58,620 nt of DNA from a virus (lineage: Duplodnaviria > Caudoviricetes), in IMG/VR virus record IMGVR_UViG_3300031841_004380, positions 1-58,620 of that record; one strand, given 5' to 3'. Of this stretch, positions 18,642 to 27,833 are shown one piece after another; position 1 is the stretch's first letter; every line of letters begins with the position of its first letter. The position numbers were made by a program, and so were the translations under genes. The notes beneath the pieces were generated by a model, which was given only the letters and a program-made list of their open reading frames with translations, made no database searches and was not told the origin of the DNA.

Positions 18642-19188
18642 TAACGACTATTTGGTTGATATGAGTTGGTGCGACTCTGGAGGGTCTTGTGACTTTCTAC
18701 CAATTCGGGGGCATAAAAATTTAGGTTTTAAAAACTTCAAAAATAAATCTAAAGCTAAAACAGCTTGGAGTTTTCAATCAAAACTATCTAAGTTCAATCT
18801 TGCCCCCAAATTGTATTCAGGTATTTGTAAAATCCCATATTCTTATGATCCAGAACTTTTAAAATACTGGAACCCCAAAGATACCGTAACAGAGTGGGGA
18901 TTTGTTACTCAAAAAGCAGAAATGCTTGACGAGACAGATCAGCCGCTAATTAAGTTACAAAATTTAGTTGACGCAATCTATAAGCATACTAGCATAAAAT
19001 TTTGGGATTGCCACTGGACGAATGTGGGCTATATTAAACATAGAGGTCGCAACAAACTGGTGTGTATAGATACTGGAGAAGAAAGTTTTCAAGGCTATGC
19101 TAATGCTTGGGGATATGAAGAACCGGGGCCAAAATGCCCATATTGCAATGTTTATGCTTGCGAATGTTCAACAATATATTCTAGCTAG
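18634..19188 (+). CDS. protein-kinase-like fold protein
   Basis: Catalytic-loop-like DCHWTN and DFG-like IDTG; LAPKLY. Confidence 0.6.
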   Translation: MINNDYLVDMSWCDSGGSCDFLPIRGHKNLGFKNFKNKSKAKTAWSFQSKLSKFNLAPKLYSGICKIPYSYDPELLKYWNPKDTVTEWGFVTQKAEMLDETDQPLIKLQNLVDAIYKHTSIKFWDCHWTNVGYIKHRGRNKLVCIDTGEESFQGYANAWGYEEPGPKCPYCNVYACECSTIYSS

Positions 19189-19199
19189 GAGAATAACTG

Positions 19200-19505
19200 A
19201 TGCCTTATATTAATGAAGAAGAAAGACAGGAATTAGATGGGTGTATTTATCAAATGGTAAGATGTATATCTGATACTAGGGTTCATCTGAACAATCCACA
19301 AGATTTTAGTAACTTTCTTGGACGTATCAATTATTGCTTTTCTAGGGTGATTATGGGGGTTATGAAAAATATCTCCTACAAGAATATTGCTATGATAACT
19401 GGTGTATTAGAAAATATCAAACAAGAACTTTATAGAAGGGTAGCATCTCCATACGAAGATAAAAAGATTGTCGAAAATGGGGATATCAAAGAATACAGAA
19501 AATAA
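19200..19505 (+). CDS. DUF6899-like phage protein
   Basis: MPYI...R; GVLE.IKQELYRRVASPYEDKKI.ENGD. Confidence 0.75.
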   Translation: MPYINEEERQELDGCIYQMVRCISDTRVHLNNPQDFSNFLGRINYCFSRVIMGVMKNISYKNIAMITGVLENIKQELYRRVASPYEDKKIVENGDIKEYRK

Positions 19506-19506
19506 T

Positions 19507-19767
19507 ATGGAAAATTCTAATACAATCATATCACTCCTGCTTGAAAATCAGAAATCTTTATCCGACATAAAGAATATGATCACTAAAATTAATGAAGAAA
19601 TTGCTGAATTAACAGAAAAAATTCAAGAATTTGAGATCATATTTGATGCTGCGGAAATTATTGAAGAACAAGCACAAAGAGATGAAGAAATTTACGGAAA
19701 AGAATGGAATCCATATGATGACGAGGATTTTACACCAGACTTTTACGAAGATTACGACAGCGAATAA
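19507..19767 (+). CDS. acidic coiled-coil hypothetical protein
   Basis: ORF composition. Confidence 0.6.
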   Translation: MENSNTIISLLLENQKSLSDIKNMITKINEEIAELTEKIQEFEIIFDAAEIIEEQAQRDEEIYGKEWNPYDDEDFTPDFYEDYDSE

Positions 19768-19780
19768 TTTAGATTAACGC

Positions 19781-19809
19781 TTGACAAGCTGGATAGCCGA
19801 TGGTATACT
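19781..19809 (+). promoter_or_regulatory. early sigma70-like promoter (GCCGAT in spacer)
   Basis: TTGACA-17 nt-TATACT, followed by a TATCACAGGA leader and TTTTGGAG RBS. Confidence 0.85.
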
Positions 19810-19851
19810 TAGGCTATCACAGGACAGTTTGACCTTTTTGGAGAATCACAG

Positions 19852-22491
19852 ATGAAACTTGCAGATCGTACCGTTGAGATTCACAGTCGGGGCATTGACT
19901 CAAACAATCAGTTCACGATTGCCCAGACTAGCAAAATGTTTAAAATCCTTTCGGACTCTCTTTATTCCGATAAGGTTATGGCAGTTGTGCGAGAACTGTC
20001 TACAAATGCTTATGACGCTCACATTGCAGCAGGCAATAATCAACCGTTTAAAGTAATTCTGCCTACTATGGCTAACCCTAATTTTACCGTGAGGGATTAT
20101 GGTACGGGACTTTCTCAAGAGGACATGGAAGAACTCTACACAACTTATGGGGCCAGTAATAAGAACAACAGCAACGATTTTGTTGGTTGTCTTGGTCTTG
20201 GGTCTAAGAGTCCATTTGCTTATACTAAGAGTTTTAGTACCACCTCTTACCACAATGGTAAAGCGTACAACTATATAGCGGCTATGGACGAAGATGGTGT
20301 TCCTAGTCTTAGCCTGTTTGGAGTCACTGAAACTAATGAGCCTAATGGTCTTGAGATTAGTTTTGCAGTCAAGCAGTATGATTTTGATGAGTTTAGTCGA
20401 AAGGCTATGAGGGTCTTTCATTACTTTAAGATGAAGCCGATTATTGAGGGTGGTACTCTATCTACTCTTAATGACAACTCTTACTCTCGCCACAATTATA
20501 TTATCGAGGGTGAAGGTTGGAGGATCGGAAAGATTACATCAAATGGTGGCAGTTATTATCCTAATGAATACAATAATATTGGAACCAGTATTGTTGCTAT
20601 CATGGGTAATATCGCTTATCCAGTAGACCCCTCTAAAGTTATCGGAGATAAAGATAAGGAGCAAGAAGTCAGTGACAATATTCAACGCTGGAACCGTGCT
20701 TTCAAACGGGCAGACGTTGACAACTGGAAGAATCTAGTCAGAGAAATTGTCAGCCAAGGTATGTATCTAGAAATCCAATTTGATATTGGTGAACTAGAGA
20801 TGGATGTTAGTCGAGAAGGTTTGCAGTACACTAAGGATGTGATTAAGATTCTACAACAAAAGACCTCTGCTATTTACCTGCAACTCAAGGCTGATATGAG
20901 TACCAAGATTGCAGAGTGTGATAGTCTGGTCGATGCTTATACTACCTATTATAAGTTGAGTGATCTTGCTGGTGGGTGGACTGCTGGTGCTGACTGGACT
21001 GATCCAGACGGCAAGGTGCATACATTAAAGTCTGGTACTGATCTAGAATATAAGTTTGCAAAGCGTAAGCAGTTGTATGCTATCAATTTTAGGTCGGCAG
21101 GCTATCGTTCTCGTAGACTGGTTTATCTTACAGACAAAGTTCATTGTGAAACTTTGCAAGGCAAGGGAAACTACTATTGGGATCGTAAAACCAAGAGTGG
21201 CCCGCTAACATTCTTCAGGGCCGATACCGCTAGTGCTGAATCTGCCAAGAAGATAGTCACCAAGTATTGCAACCAGAATGACTGTATGGCATATCTTATG
21301 GTTGATAGTGATGATCATAAGGAATCCGACAAGGGTTTTGATCAACTCATTAAAGATATCGGTGGAGCAGACAGGGTTCTAAAAGTTTCTGACTATCGTA
21401 GTCTGATGCGTACTGGAACCTCTGGAAAGAAGCGTGGTTCTACAGGAACGATCAGTAAGGATGAAGTATTTATTATCAAAGGATCGAAGGATTGCACAGA
21501 TGATTGTAAGAGACTGTCTGGTAAAAGCCTTAATGCTTCAGATTATCTTAAAGAACTGTCTGATGATCTTGCAGATAACCTCGCCGATAATCCCGTTCTG
21601 TATGTATCTATCACAAGATATGCTGTAGATGATGGTCAGTCTAGTATTTTTGCGATTCATGGAGCCATGACAAAAGAGGGTAGTCCTCTGCATCCCCTAC
21701 TTAAAAATCAAAATGTATTTGCTATCAAGAAGTCTGCACTTAGCAAACTCCAAAAGCAAGGCGTTAAACTAGTCAAGTTCGATACTTGGTTTGCAAAAAA
21801 GATCGAGAAGTTTAGCAAGGATATATCTCAGCAAATTGACGGATATCATCAAGTAATAGATTATTGTAGAGACGAATTGAATACCGTAGATGATAGGTCT
21901 GGATATAACTGGAGAAGTTCTAGTGCTAGTGATAAAAGAATTATGGCAACCCTGCTGAACATTTATGGTCTAGAGTATCGTAGTCACATCAATAACAAGA
22001 GTCTGTGTGATGTGATGGATAACTGGATGGCTATATGGTTCTTTGGTAAGATGATTCCAGATGATACTAGATTCAGAAACTTTAAGCAAGGCGATGTTAA
22101 TGCACATATTGCAACTATTCTCGCAAAGTATGGTATGAATGGTCTTGATCCGGCAAAGATTAAGAAAGTCTATGAAAAGTATACAGAAACCGTAAATGCT
22201 CTGGGCAATTTTACCGACACTATATCTGATGCTCTAAAAATTTCAGATAAAAGTATTCGTGAAAGAAAGCATCAGTTGCAAGATATCACGGTCATCAGAA
22301 AAAATCTTAAAGCACAGGTTGACAACTCACCTCTGCTCAAGTATATTGTAGGAATGGACGATAGTAGTAGTGGACACGTTGGCGAGGCTAATCCAGACAA
22401 GCCGATTTGCACAGATGGCTACTATACGCCAGAGTGGTACAAAACTGTCGATGCAGATGGTCTGCGTCGGGATTTGGGAAAGTTGATTTGA
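19852..22491 (+). CDS. rIIA: rIIA-like protein with N-terminal GHKL ATPase domain
   Basis: LYSDK..AV.RELSTNAYDAH, RDYGTG, GCLGLGSKSPFAY, SREGL; adjacent to an rIIB-like gene. Confidence 0.85.
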   Translation: MKLADRTVEIHSRGIDSNNQFTIAQTSKMFKILSDSLYSDKVMAVVRELSTNAYDAHIAAGNNQPFKVILPTMANPNFTVRDYGTGLSQEDMEELYTTYGASNKNNSNDFVGCLGLGSKSPFAYTKSFSTTSYHNGKAYNYIAAMDEDGVPSLSLFGVTETNEPNGLEISFAVKQYDFDEFSRKAMRVFHYFKMKPIIEGGTLSTLNDNSYSRHNYIIEGEGWRIGKITSNGGSYYPNEYNNIGTSIVAIMGNIAYPVDPSKVIGDKDKEQEVSDNIQRWNRAFKRADVDNWKNLVREIVSQGMYLEIQFDIGELEMDVSREGLQYTKDVIKILQQKTSAIYLQLKADMSTKIAECDSLVDAYTTYYKLSDLAGGWTAGADWTDPDGKVHTLKSGTDLEYKFAKRKQLYAINFRSAGYRSRRLVYLTDKVHCETLQGKGNYYWDRKTKSGPLTFFRADTASAESAKKIVTKYCNQNDCMAYLMVDSDDHKESDKGFDQLIKDIGGADRVLKVSDYRSLMRTGTSGKKRGSTGTISKDEVFIIKGSKDCTDDCKRLSGKSLNASDYLKELSDDLADNLADNPVLYVSITRYAVDDGQSSIFAIHGAMTKEGSPLHPLLKNQNVFAIKKSALSKLQKQGVKLVKFDTWFAKKIEKFSKDISQQIDGYHQVIDYCRDELNTVDDRSGYNWRSSSASDKRIMATLLNIYGLEYRSHINNKSLCDVMDNWMAIWFFGKMIPDDTRFRNFKQGDVNAHIATILAKYGMNGLDPAKIKKVYEKYTETVNALGNFTDTISDALKISDKSIRERKHQLQDITVIRKNLKAQVDNSPLLKYIVGMDDSSSGHVGEANPDKPICTDGYYTPEWYKTVDADGLRRDLGKLI

Positions 22492-22519
22492 AAAGGTTCT
22501 ATCACAGGAGTAATTAACA

Positions 22520-23359
22520 ATGAGCGTTCCTTTTATGTGGGTTGATGGAAATTTGACGGTGATCCTCAAGAACAAGGCTCACCAAGTTTTGCCAGAACAT
22601 ACTAACTACAAGATGATTCTGGAAGCACTACCAACAGCAAATGAAGATGAGTTGTTGGAACTGGTTGATCTTGAAAAGGCAGTTGCAAATTTTAGCGACG
22701 GTCTGGTAGAGGTCAAGAATGGCAAGGTATTGTTTGAGGGCGAAGAAGTCCACGGCAGTATTAGCCAGCGTATTCTAGAGTTTATGAAGAAGGGTCTACC
22801 GTTCCAGCCTCTCGTAAATTTCTTGAACAACTTGATGAGCAACCCTAGTATGCAGAGTCAGAAAGAGTTGTACGATTTCCTTGAGCATGAACATCTGCCA
22901 ATTACTGAGGATGGACATTTCCTCGCCTATAAGGCAGTTCGTAGTGACTACATGGATAAGTACAGAGGAGCTTTCGACAACCATGTTGGCAACGTCTGTG
23001 AAATGCGTCGAGCCAAGGTTGACGATAATCGTAGCGTAGGATGTTCTAACGGACTTCATGCTGGTGCTTTGAACTATGTTGCCAGTTATGGCAGCGTAGA
23101 AAACAACGATAGAATTGTGATCGTTAAGATTAATCCGGCAGATGTAGTTAGTGTTCCTAGTGATTGCAACTGCGAGAAACTTCGTACCTGTCGATATGAA
23201 GTAGTCGGAGAATATCAAGGTGAACTTCTCAAGCCTCTTTACAAGAGCGAGTTTGGTGAAGATGATTACCATGAGGACGAAGGTAGTCTGTATGATGAAT
23301 ACGATGAGGACTACTGGGATCAGTATGATGATGATTATGATGATGATGATGAATATTGA
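22520..23359 (+). CDS. rIIB: rIIB-like protein with acidic tail
   Basis: NL..NPS, LPITEDG.FLAYK, CSNGLH, VKINPADVVSVP.D....K.R.C.Y.V. Confidence 0.85.
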   Translation: MSVPFMWVDGNLTVILKNKAHQVLPEHTNYKMILEALPTANEDELLELVDLEKAVANFSDGLVEVKNGKVLFEGEEVHGSISQRILEFMKKGLPFQPLVNFLNNLMSNPSMQSQKELYDFLEHEHLPITEDGHFLAYKAVRSDYMDKYRGAFDNHVGNVCEMRRAKVDDNRSVGCSNGLHAGALNYVASYGSVENNDRIVIVKINPADVVSVPSDCNCEKLRTCRYEVVGEYQGELLKPLYKSEFGEDDYHEDEGSLYDEYDEDYWDQYDDDYDDDDEY

Positions 23360-23381
23360 TAGTCTGTGATTCCCTGTGATT

Positions 23382-23428
23382 GGATGGGTGAGCAATTTGG
23401 GCTAAGGCGGTTCGATCCCGCCGCATCC
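23382..23428 (+). ncRNA. tRNA-like mini-structure (T-arm plus partial acceptor stem)
   Basis: GGCGG-TTCGATC-CCGCC T-arm enclosed by GGATG/CATCC; no room for D and anticodon arms. Confidence 0.4.
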
Positions 23429-23529
23429 TCTGCAACTAGATTAGTGTCGCTGCTTTTGGTAGAAGTGTTTTCTGCCCCAGAGACAACCAACTTTTGATTT
23501 TGAGTTAAGTGCAGTAAGGAAGATTTATC

Positions 23530-24765
23530 ATGGGAAATTTCAGTAGCGATTTGGGTTTTAATCCTTTTGACAAAAACAATAGTCCATCTGTGGCGGTGGA
23601 TTTTTTTCAATCATTTCGTCAACAGCATATCTTTTGCTATAATGGTAATCCTCGCAAGAAGATTAGTAGTATGGCTCATACTTCAATGTTCCAAGATGTA
23701 CTTGAAGCAAACCAGAAAGGTTCTGATGCTTACTTCTATATTAATGGTGGACGTAAGCAATATGCCATAAATCAAATAGCCGCATGTTTCTGCGATATGG
23801 ATGCTGGGCGTGATGATGAAGGCAAGTATTTCAAGCCTAGTGTTGTAATGAAGCACAAAGAACGGTTCTTGGACAAGATCAATAGTTTTCCAGTTCCACC
23901 ATCTTGGGTAGTAGATACTCGTAATGGTTATCAGTGCTATTGGATTCTGACTGCTGAAGATAGAAATGTCAATAAGACTACTTGGAAGGGTGTGCAAAAG
24001 AAACTTGCAAATCATTTTGGTGGTGATCCTTTAGCAATCAAGATTAATCAGATTTATAGAGTGCCTTATACTTGGTGGCGTAAGGGCTGGGAAGGTAAGG
24101 CTCCTTACTTTACTAGTATACTTCCCGGTAGTGATGGTCATACGGTGGGATTTAATGATCTGAAAAATGCTCTTGATGGAACATCGGCTAATATTGATTA
24201 TCGCAATCTTAGCAAGAGTAGCAATGCTTGGTTTGATGCTTGGAAGCTGGTTGCTGACGAAGCAGCAAGCAACGGCACTCCAGTAGAAAATATGAGTTGG
24301 GGTGAGCGTAGAGAATTGCATCGCAAGGTTGCTGATATTGTTTTTGAGGCAAAAGAAACCTGTGGAAATAAAGGATTTCTTGGGATGAGTTGTAATCCTG
24401 TGGAGGTAAAGACTCCTTCTTATGATGTAGAATCTGCTATTCGTAATTATAAGGAGCCTAATAATAATGAGAGTATTATAGATCACGCAAGAGCTGTGAT
24501 GGGTTCGGTCAGTCAAGATCGTGCTGATGAAATGGTTCAAAGAACTGTTGGCGAACCTCAACCAGTAGCACCTGCTGCGGTTGATCCAGACAGCCTGCCA
24601 AGCGTTGATTTAAACGCTGACACTCAGCAGACGTTCCTTTTAAAGAAAACCGTTGAGTTCCTCAATCAAGTCTCTACACCGCTATGGTTTAGCAAGAACC
24701 ACTTCCTGAGTAGGGCTGCACGGGAACTGGCTGATGAGATCAGCGATAAGTTTTGCATAGGTTGA
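23530..24765 (+). CDS. RepB-like DNA primase (AEP superfamily) domain protein
   Basis: FCDMD, VVDTRNGYQCYW, QIYRVPYTW motifs. Confidence 0.72.
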   Translation: MGNFSSDLGFNPFDKNNSPSVAVDFFQSFRQQHIFCYNGNPRKKISSMAHTSMFQDVLEANQKGSDAYFYINGGRKQYAINQIAACFCDMDAGRDDEGKYFKPSVVMKHKERFLDKINSFPVPPSWVVDTRNGYQCYWILTAEDRNVNKTTWKGVQKKLANHFGGDPLAIKINQIYRVPYTWWRKGWEGKAPYFTSILPGSDGHTVGFNDLKNALDGTSANIDYRNLSKSSNAWFDAWKLVADEAASNGTPVENMSWGERRELHRKVADIVFEAKETCGNKGFLGMSCNPVEVKTPSYDVESAIRNYKEPNNNESIIDHARAVMGSVSQDRADEMVQRTVGEPQPVAPAAVDPDSLPSVDLNADTQQTFLLKKTVEFLNQVSTPLWFSKNHFLSRAARELADEISDKFCIG

Positions 24766-24771
24766 TTTGTC

Positions 24772-24816
24772 GGGGCCGTGGGGTATAATAAATAGTCAGC
24801 GTCACCCTGCGGCCCC
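24772..24816 (+). other. GC-rich inverted repeat overlapping a GGGGTATA motif
   Basis: GGGGCCGTGGGG / CCCTGCGGCCCC 12-bp stem (two G:U pairs), 21-nt loop. Confidence 0.6.
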
Positions 24817-24832
24817 TTGAGGAAAGCGTAAA

Positions 24833-25243
24833 ATGCACCAAGACCCAGAACATGAAGATTATGACGATGATGATTATAAGCATTATCCAGAATATAATGA
24901 ATATGGATATCCCTATAGTTCAAAAAAGTTTGATGTAGATTGGTCTGCTTGGGAACAGTGGTTGTCCAAAGCGTTATTTGATATTTCAGAAGAAAGCGAT
25001 AATGTTTGGATTTTTGGACATAAATTAACTGCCCCTAAAAAACAATCACAACCAAATAATTCTGGTAAAGATAAGTATTTCTTGTATCTTGGAAGCAATC
25101 AGTACAACGAGGCCATTTGGAAACAAACTTATCTGGTGAAAAAGCCATTACAAACAGCATACAATAACCATATTGCTAGTCATGCTGTTCATTTTCTGCG
25201 GCAACCATCGTACTACAAAGGAATGTTTGACATATTAAACTAA
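24833..25243 (+). CDS. hypothetical protein
   Basis: GAGG RBS; ORF. Confidence 0.65.
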   Translation: MHQDPEHEDYDDDDYKHYPEYNEYGYPYSSKKFDVDWSAWEQWLSKALFDISEESDNVWIFGHKLTAPKKQSQPNNSGKDKYFLYLGSNQYNEAIWKQTYLVKKPLQTAYNNHIASHAVHFLRQPSYYKGMFDILN

Positions 25244-25653
25244 TGAAATACGAAATCACTGATGTCGTAAGGTTTGTGAATGGTTCTAGAGTATTTGTAT
25301 ACAAAAATTTTTCTGGACTTTCACAAGAAGAACCACCAGAAAAACCTATCTCATATGAGTTTGATATTAAAACTCTAACCCTAGAAGAAGTAGCAGAACT
25401 AGAAACTTGCTTAAATACTAAAGAGGCTACATTAATATTTAATGAGTACGCAAGGAAGAAGGATGATGCTTTATATATGACAGAGACCGAATATATGGAT
25501 TATCTGGCAGCGTTGACCTCTAGAATGACAAGTAACTTACTAAAATCATTAGCTAATAAAAATCTACTAAATATTGCTTTCGATGAGGAAAAAAATGACT
25601 TCGTTTTTTGGCCGAATGAACAAGACACAAAAGATACAGAAGAAGAAACCTAG
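25243..25653 (+). CDS. hypothetical protein
   Basis: TAATG-coupled ORF. Confidence 0.65.
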   Translation: MKYEITDVVRFVNGSRVFVYKNFSGLSQEEPPEKPISYEFDIKTLTLEEVAELETCLNTKEATLIFNEYARKKDDALYMTETEYMDYLAALTSRMTSNLLKSLANKNLLNIAFDEEKNDFVFWPNEQDTKDTEEET

Positions 25654-26032
25654 TCGTGCGGACATTCATTTTAAGTACATCTGCGAAGATTGTGAAACTA
25701 TTAATTGGATTAGCTACAAAGAGAATCAAACAGATGGATACAAGATTTGTTGTCCAGTGTGCGATAGCATAATTATACCGACAAAAATATCCAATATTAA
25801 AGTTGAGTATGTAAAAGAGCAGGAGAATATTGAGCGTCCCAAGCCTGTAACTAACATAGTCAACCGCTGCTGCAAAACTCTGTGTGAATATGGTTTTGAT
25901 CAAGATGAGGCACTGATACTAGCTAAGGAAGGATATGCTAAATATCAGACAGAAGACTTGGTAGATTTGGTTAAGAAAATTATTTTTGATTTTGGAGTAA
26001 CAATTGATGAATTTGCGTCCTCAAAAGTTTGA
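25616..26032 (+). CDS. zinc-ribbon + RuvA C-terminal-like domain protein
   Basis: CEDC...CPVC, then TLCEYGFDQDEA...DLVDLVKKI resembling RuvA domain III; directly upstream of ruvB. Confidence 0.6.
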   Translation: MNKTQKIQKKKPSRADIHFKYICEDCETINWISYKENQTDGYKICCPVCDSIIIPTKISNIKVEYVKEQENIERPKPVTNIVNRCCKTLCEYGFDQDEALILAKEGYAKYQTEDLVDLVKKIIFDFGVTIDEFASSKV

Positions 26033-26891
26033 TGATATTATTGGGCAGAAAGATGTTGTTGATCGTCTACGCATCTCTGCGTTCGGCTGTAAAAATTCGA
26101 CCAGTGCGATGCCTCATGTTTTAATAGACGGGCCTCCTGGCCTCGGCAAGACCACCATAGCGAGTGCTATAGCCAGTGAACTGGGCGTGAATCTGTATAC
26201 GCTTAATGCCGCTAATGTGCGTAATATTAAGAGTCTAATGCCATATCTCATGGGCATCACATTAAAATCTGTGCTGTTCATTGATGAAATCCACAGACTG
26301 CCAAAGATAGTCGAAGAATTTCTCTATCCTGTGATGGAAGATTTCAAGATGGAAATTCTTATAGAACAAAATCCTGAAACTATTGATATACCAGAATTTA
26401 CACTGGTGGGTGCTACAACTAGCGGAGGTAGTTTAAGTCAGCCGTTTTATGATCGCTTTATGATTAAAGAACATCTATCTTTTTATGAGCCAGATGTACT
26501 AGCTGAACTGGTAGGATTGAACGCAAGCAAGCTGGGACTTAATCTGTCAGATGATGAAAAAATAGAAATAGCCAAACGTAGTAAGGGAACTCCTCGTGTA
26601 TTAAATGCTAGACTACAGTGGTATAAAAATTATACTGCATATTATCCTAATGAAAAAGATATTGAGAAAATTTATAGTAGTCAAGGTATTGACGAGAACG
26701 GGTTTGATCAAAACGATAAAAAGTATATAAATGTACTAAGGAAAAATCGTGCTAATCCACTTGGCTTAAAGGCATTATCTAGTCTGACAGGTATTGCTAT
26801 GGAAACTATTGAAAACAGTATTGAGCCGTATATGATAAGGAAGGGTTTTGTTTTAAGAACACAGAGAGGTAGGGTGTTAGGTAAAATATAA
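26004..26891 (+). CDS. ruvB: Holliday junction branch migration ATPase RuvB
   Basis: LRPQKF..IIGQ, GPPGLGKTT, FIDEIHRL, LYPVMED, FTLVGATT, GTPR, IEPY...G...RT.RGR. Confidence 0.96.
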   Translation: MMNLRPQKFDDIIGQKDVVDRLRISAFGCKNSTSAMPHVLIDGPPGLGKTTIASAIASELGVNLYTLNAANVRNIKSLMPYLMGITLKSVLFIDEIHRLPKIVEEFLYPVMEDFKMEILIEQNPETIDIPEFTLVGATTSGGSLSQPFYDRFMIKEHLSFYEPDVLAELVGLNASKLGLNLSDDEKIEIAKRSKGTPRVLNARLQWYKNYTAYYPNEKDIEKIYSSQGIDENGFDQNDKKYINVLRKNRANPLGLKALSSLTGIAMETIENSIEPYMIRKGFVLRTQRGRVLGKI

Positions 26892-27127
26892 TGAATAGTT
26901 ATGTATGTAAAAAGAAGCAAAGAAAAGAAGAATTAAATTACCTGGAGCATAAAGATAGAATTCGTGCATTTATTGACAACACTGGATGTACGAATATATT
27001 AAGATATATGATCGAGGACTTAGACACTATAGAAGATATGAGCAATACTCAAAGTATGTATCTATTTCAATTAATATCTTCGCTAGAGACAGCATTGGAA
27101 AATTATCCTAGAGTAAAAAATGTCTGA
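26891..27127 (+). CDS. hypothetical protein
   Basis: Coupled ORF. Confidence 0.6.
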   Translation: MNSYVCKKKQRKEELNYLEHKDRIRAFIDNTGCTNILRYMIEDLDTIEDMSNTQSMYLFQLISSLETALENYPRVKNV

Positions 27128-27425
27128 AGAAATATATACTCCTTTAACCAAAGCAGATAAACATCCTTTGCGTTATTCTTGTTTTCAAGCAGATGTGCGA
27201 GATCGTATAGGCTCTATAGACAAACACCCAGAAGTATGTCAACACATTAATGATTTGTATGATCTAATCGCCTATCAAATGGAGCAAATATTTCGTAAAG
27301 AGCATGAGCTAACAGCCAATAGACACAAAGAAGCATGGAAAAGATACGATAAGCCGATTGAGAACTATGATTCTGTAAAAAGAAAATTTTTCACTAAAGA
27401 AGAACTTGAAGCGAGGAATTGCTGA
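27120..27425 (+). CDS. hypothetical protein
   Basis: Overlapping ORF in gene run. Confidence 0.6.
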   Translation: MSEEIYTPLTKADKHPLRYSCFQADVRDRIGSIDKHPEVCQHINDLYDLIAYQMEQIFRKEHELTANRHKEAWKRYDKPIENYDSVKRKFFTKEELEARNC

Positions 27426-27697
27426 TGAAATGGTCATTAGTTAAGAGTTGGGCTAAAAGCTATGGATATGAATCTTTTAGAGAAGAAACAGACAGAGCAG
27501 ATAATCCTAATAAGTATGACTACTATTGGGCCAAGTCAGGTGACCCTCAAGCCACTGGACTAACTAATAGTGTCAGTAGTCTTGCATTAGAGATATATAA
27601 TCATATCACAAGTAATCAACATATAGAATATCAAAAGGAATACCAAGAACAATTATTTCAACAGGATGTAAAATATGACACAGGATACGGGTTCTAA
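27425..27697 (+). CDS. hypothetical protein
   Basis: GAGG RBS; MKWSLVKSWAK... Confidence 0.6.
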   Translation: MKWSLVKSWAKSYGYESFREETDRADNPNKYDYYWAKSGDPQATGLTNSVSSLALEIYNHITSNQHIEYQKEYQEQLFQQDVKYDTGYGF

Positions 27698-27833
27698 AGA
27701 GATAAAAAAACAAAGCATTACCATTTCTACTATATTCGGCAAGGCCATAGAGGCTATTGTTGCTTATATTACAATATGGTTCTTTAAACCTTTATGGGAA
27801 AAACTCGTAAAATGGTGGAATAAAAATGAGTAA
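27675..27833 (+). CDS. small membrane protein
   Basis: Read by hand: MTQDTGSKE...AIVAYITIWFFKPLWEKLVKWWNKNE*. Confidence 0.55.
   Translation: MTQDTGSKEIKKQSITISTIFGKAIEAIVAYITIWFFKPLWEKLVKWWNKNE

Noticed and set aside
23260-23356. GAT/GAY-rich tandem repeat
   Set aside because: It only encodes the acidic tail of the rIIB-like protein.
19900-24561. Long minus-strand ORFs (e.g. 19900-20421, 22796-23395, 24031-24561)
   Set aside because: They are antisense shadows of well-supported plus-strand genes, with no protein motifs.
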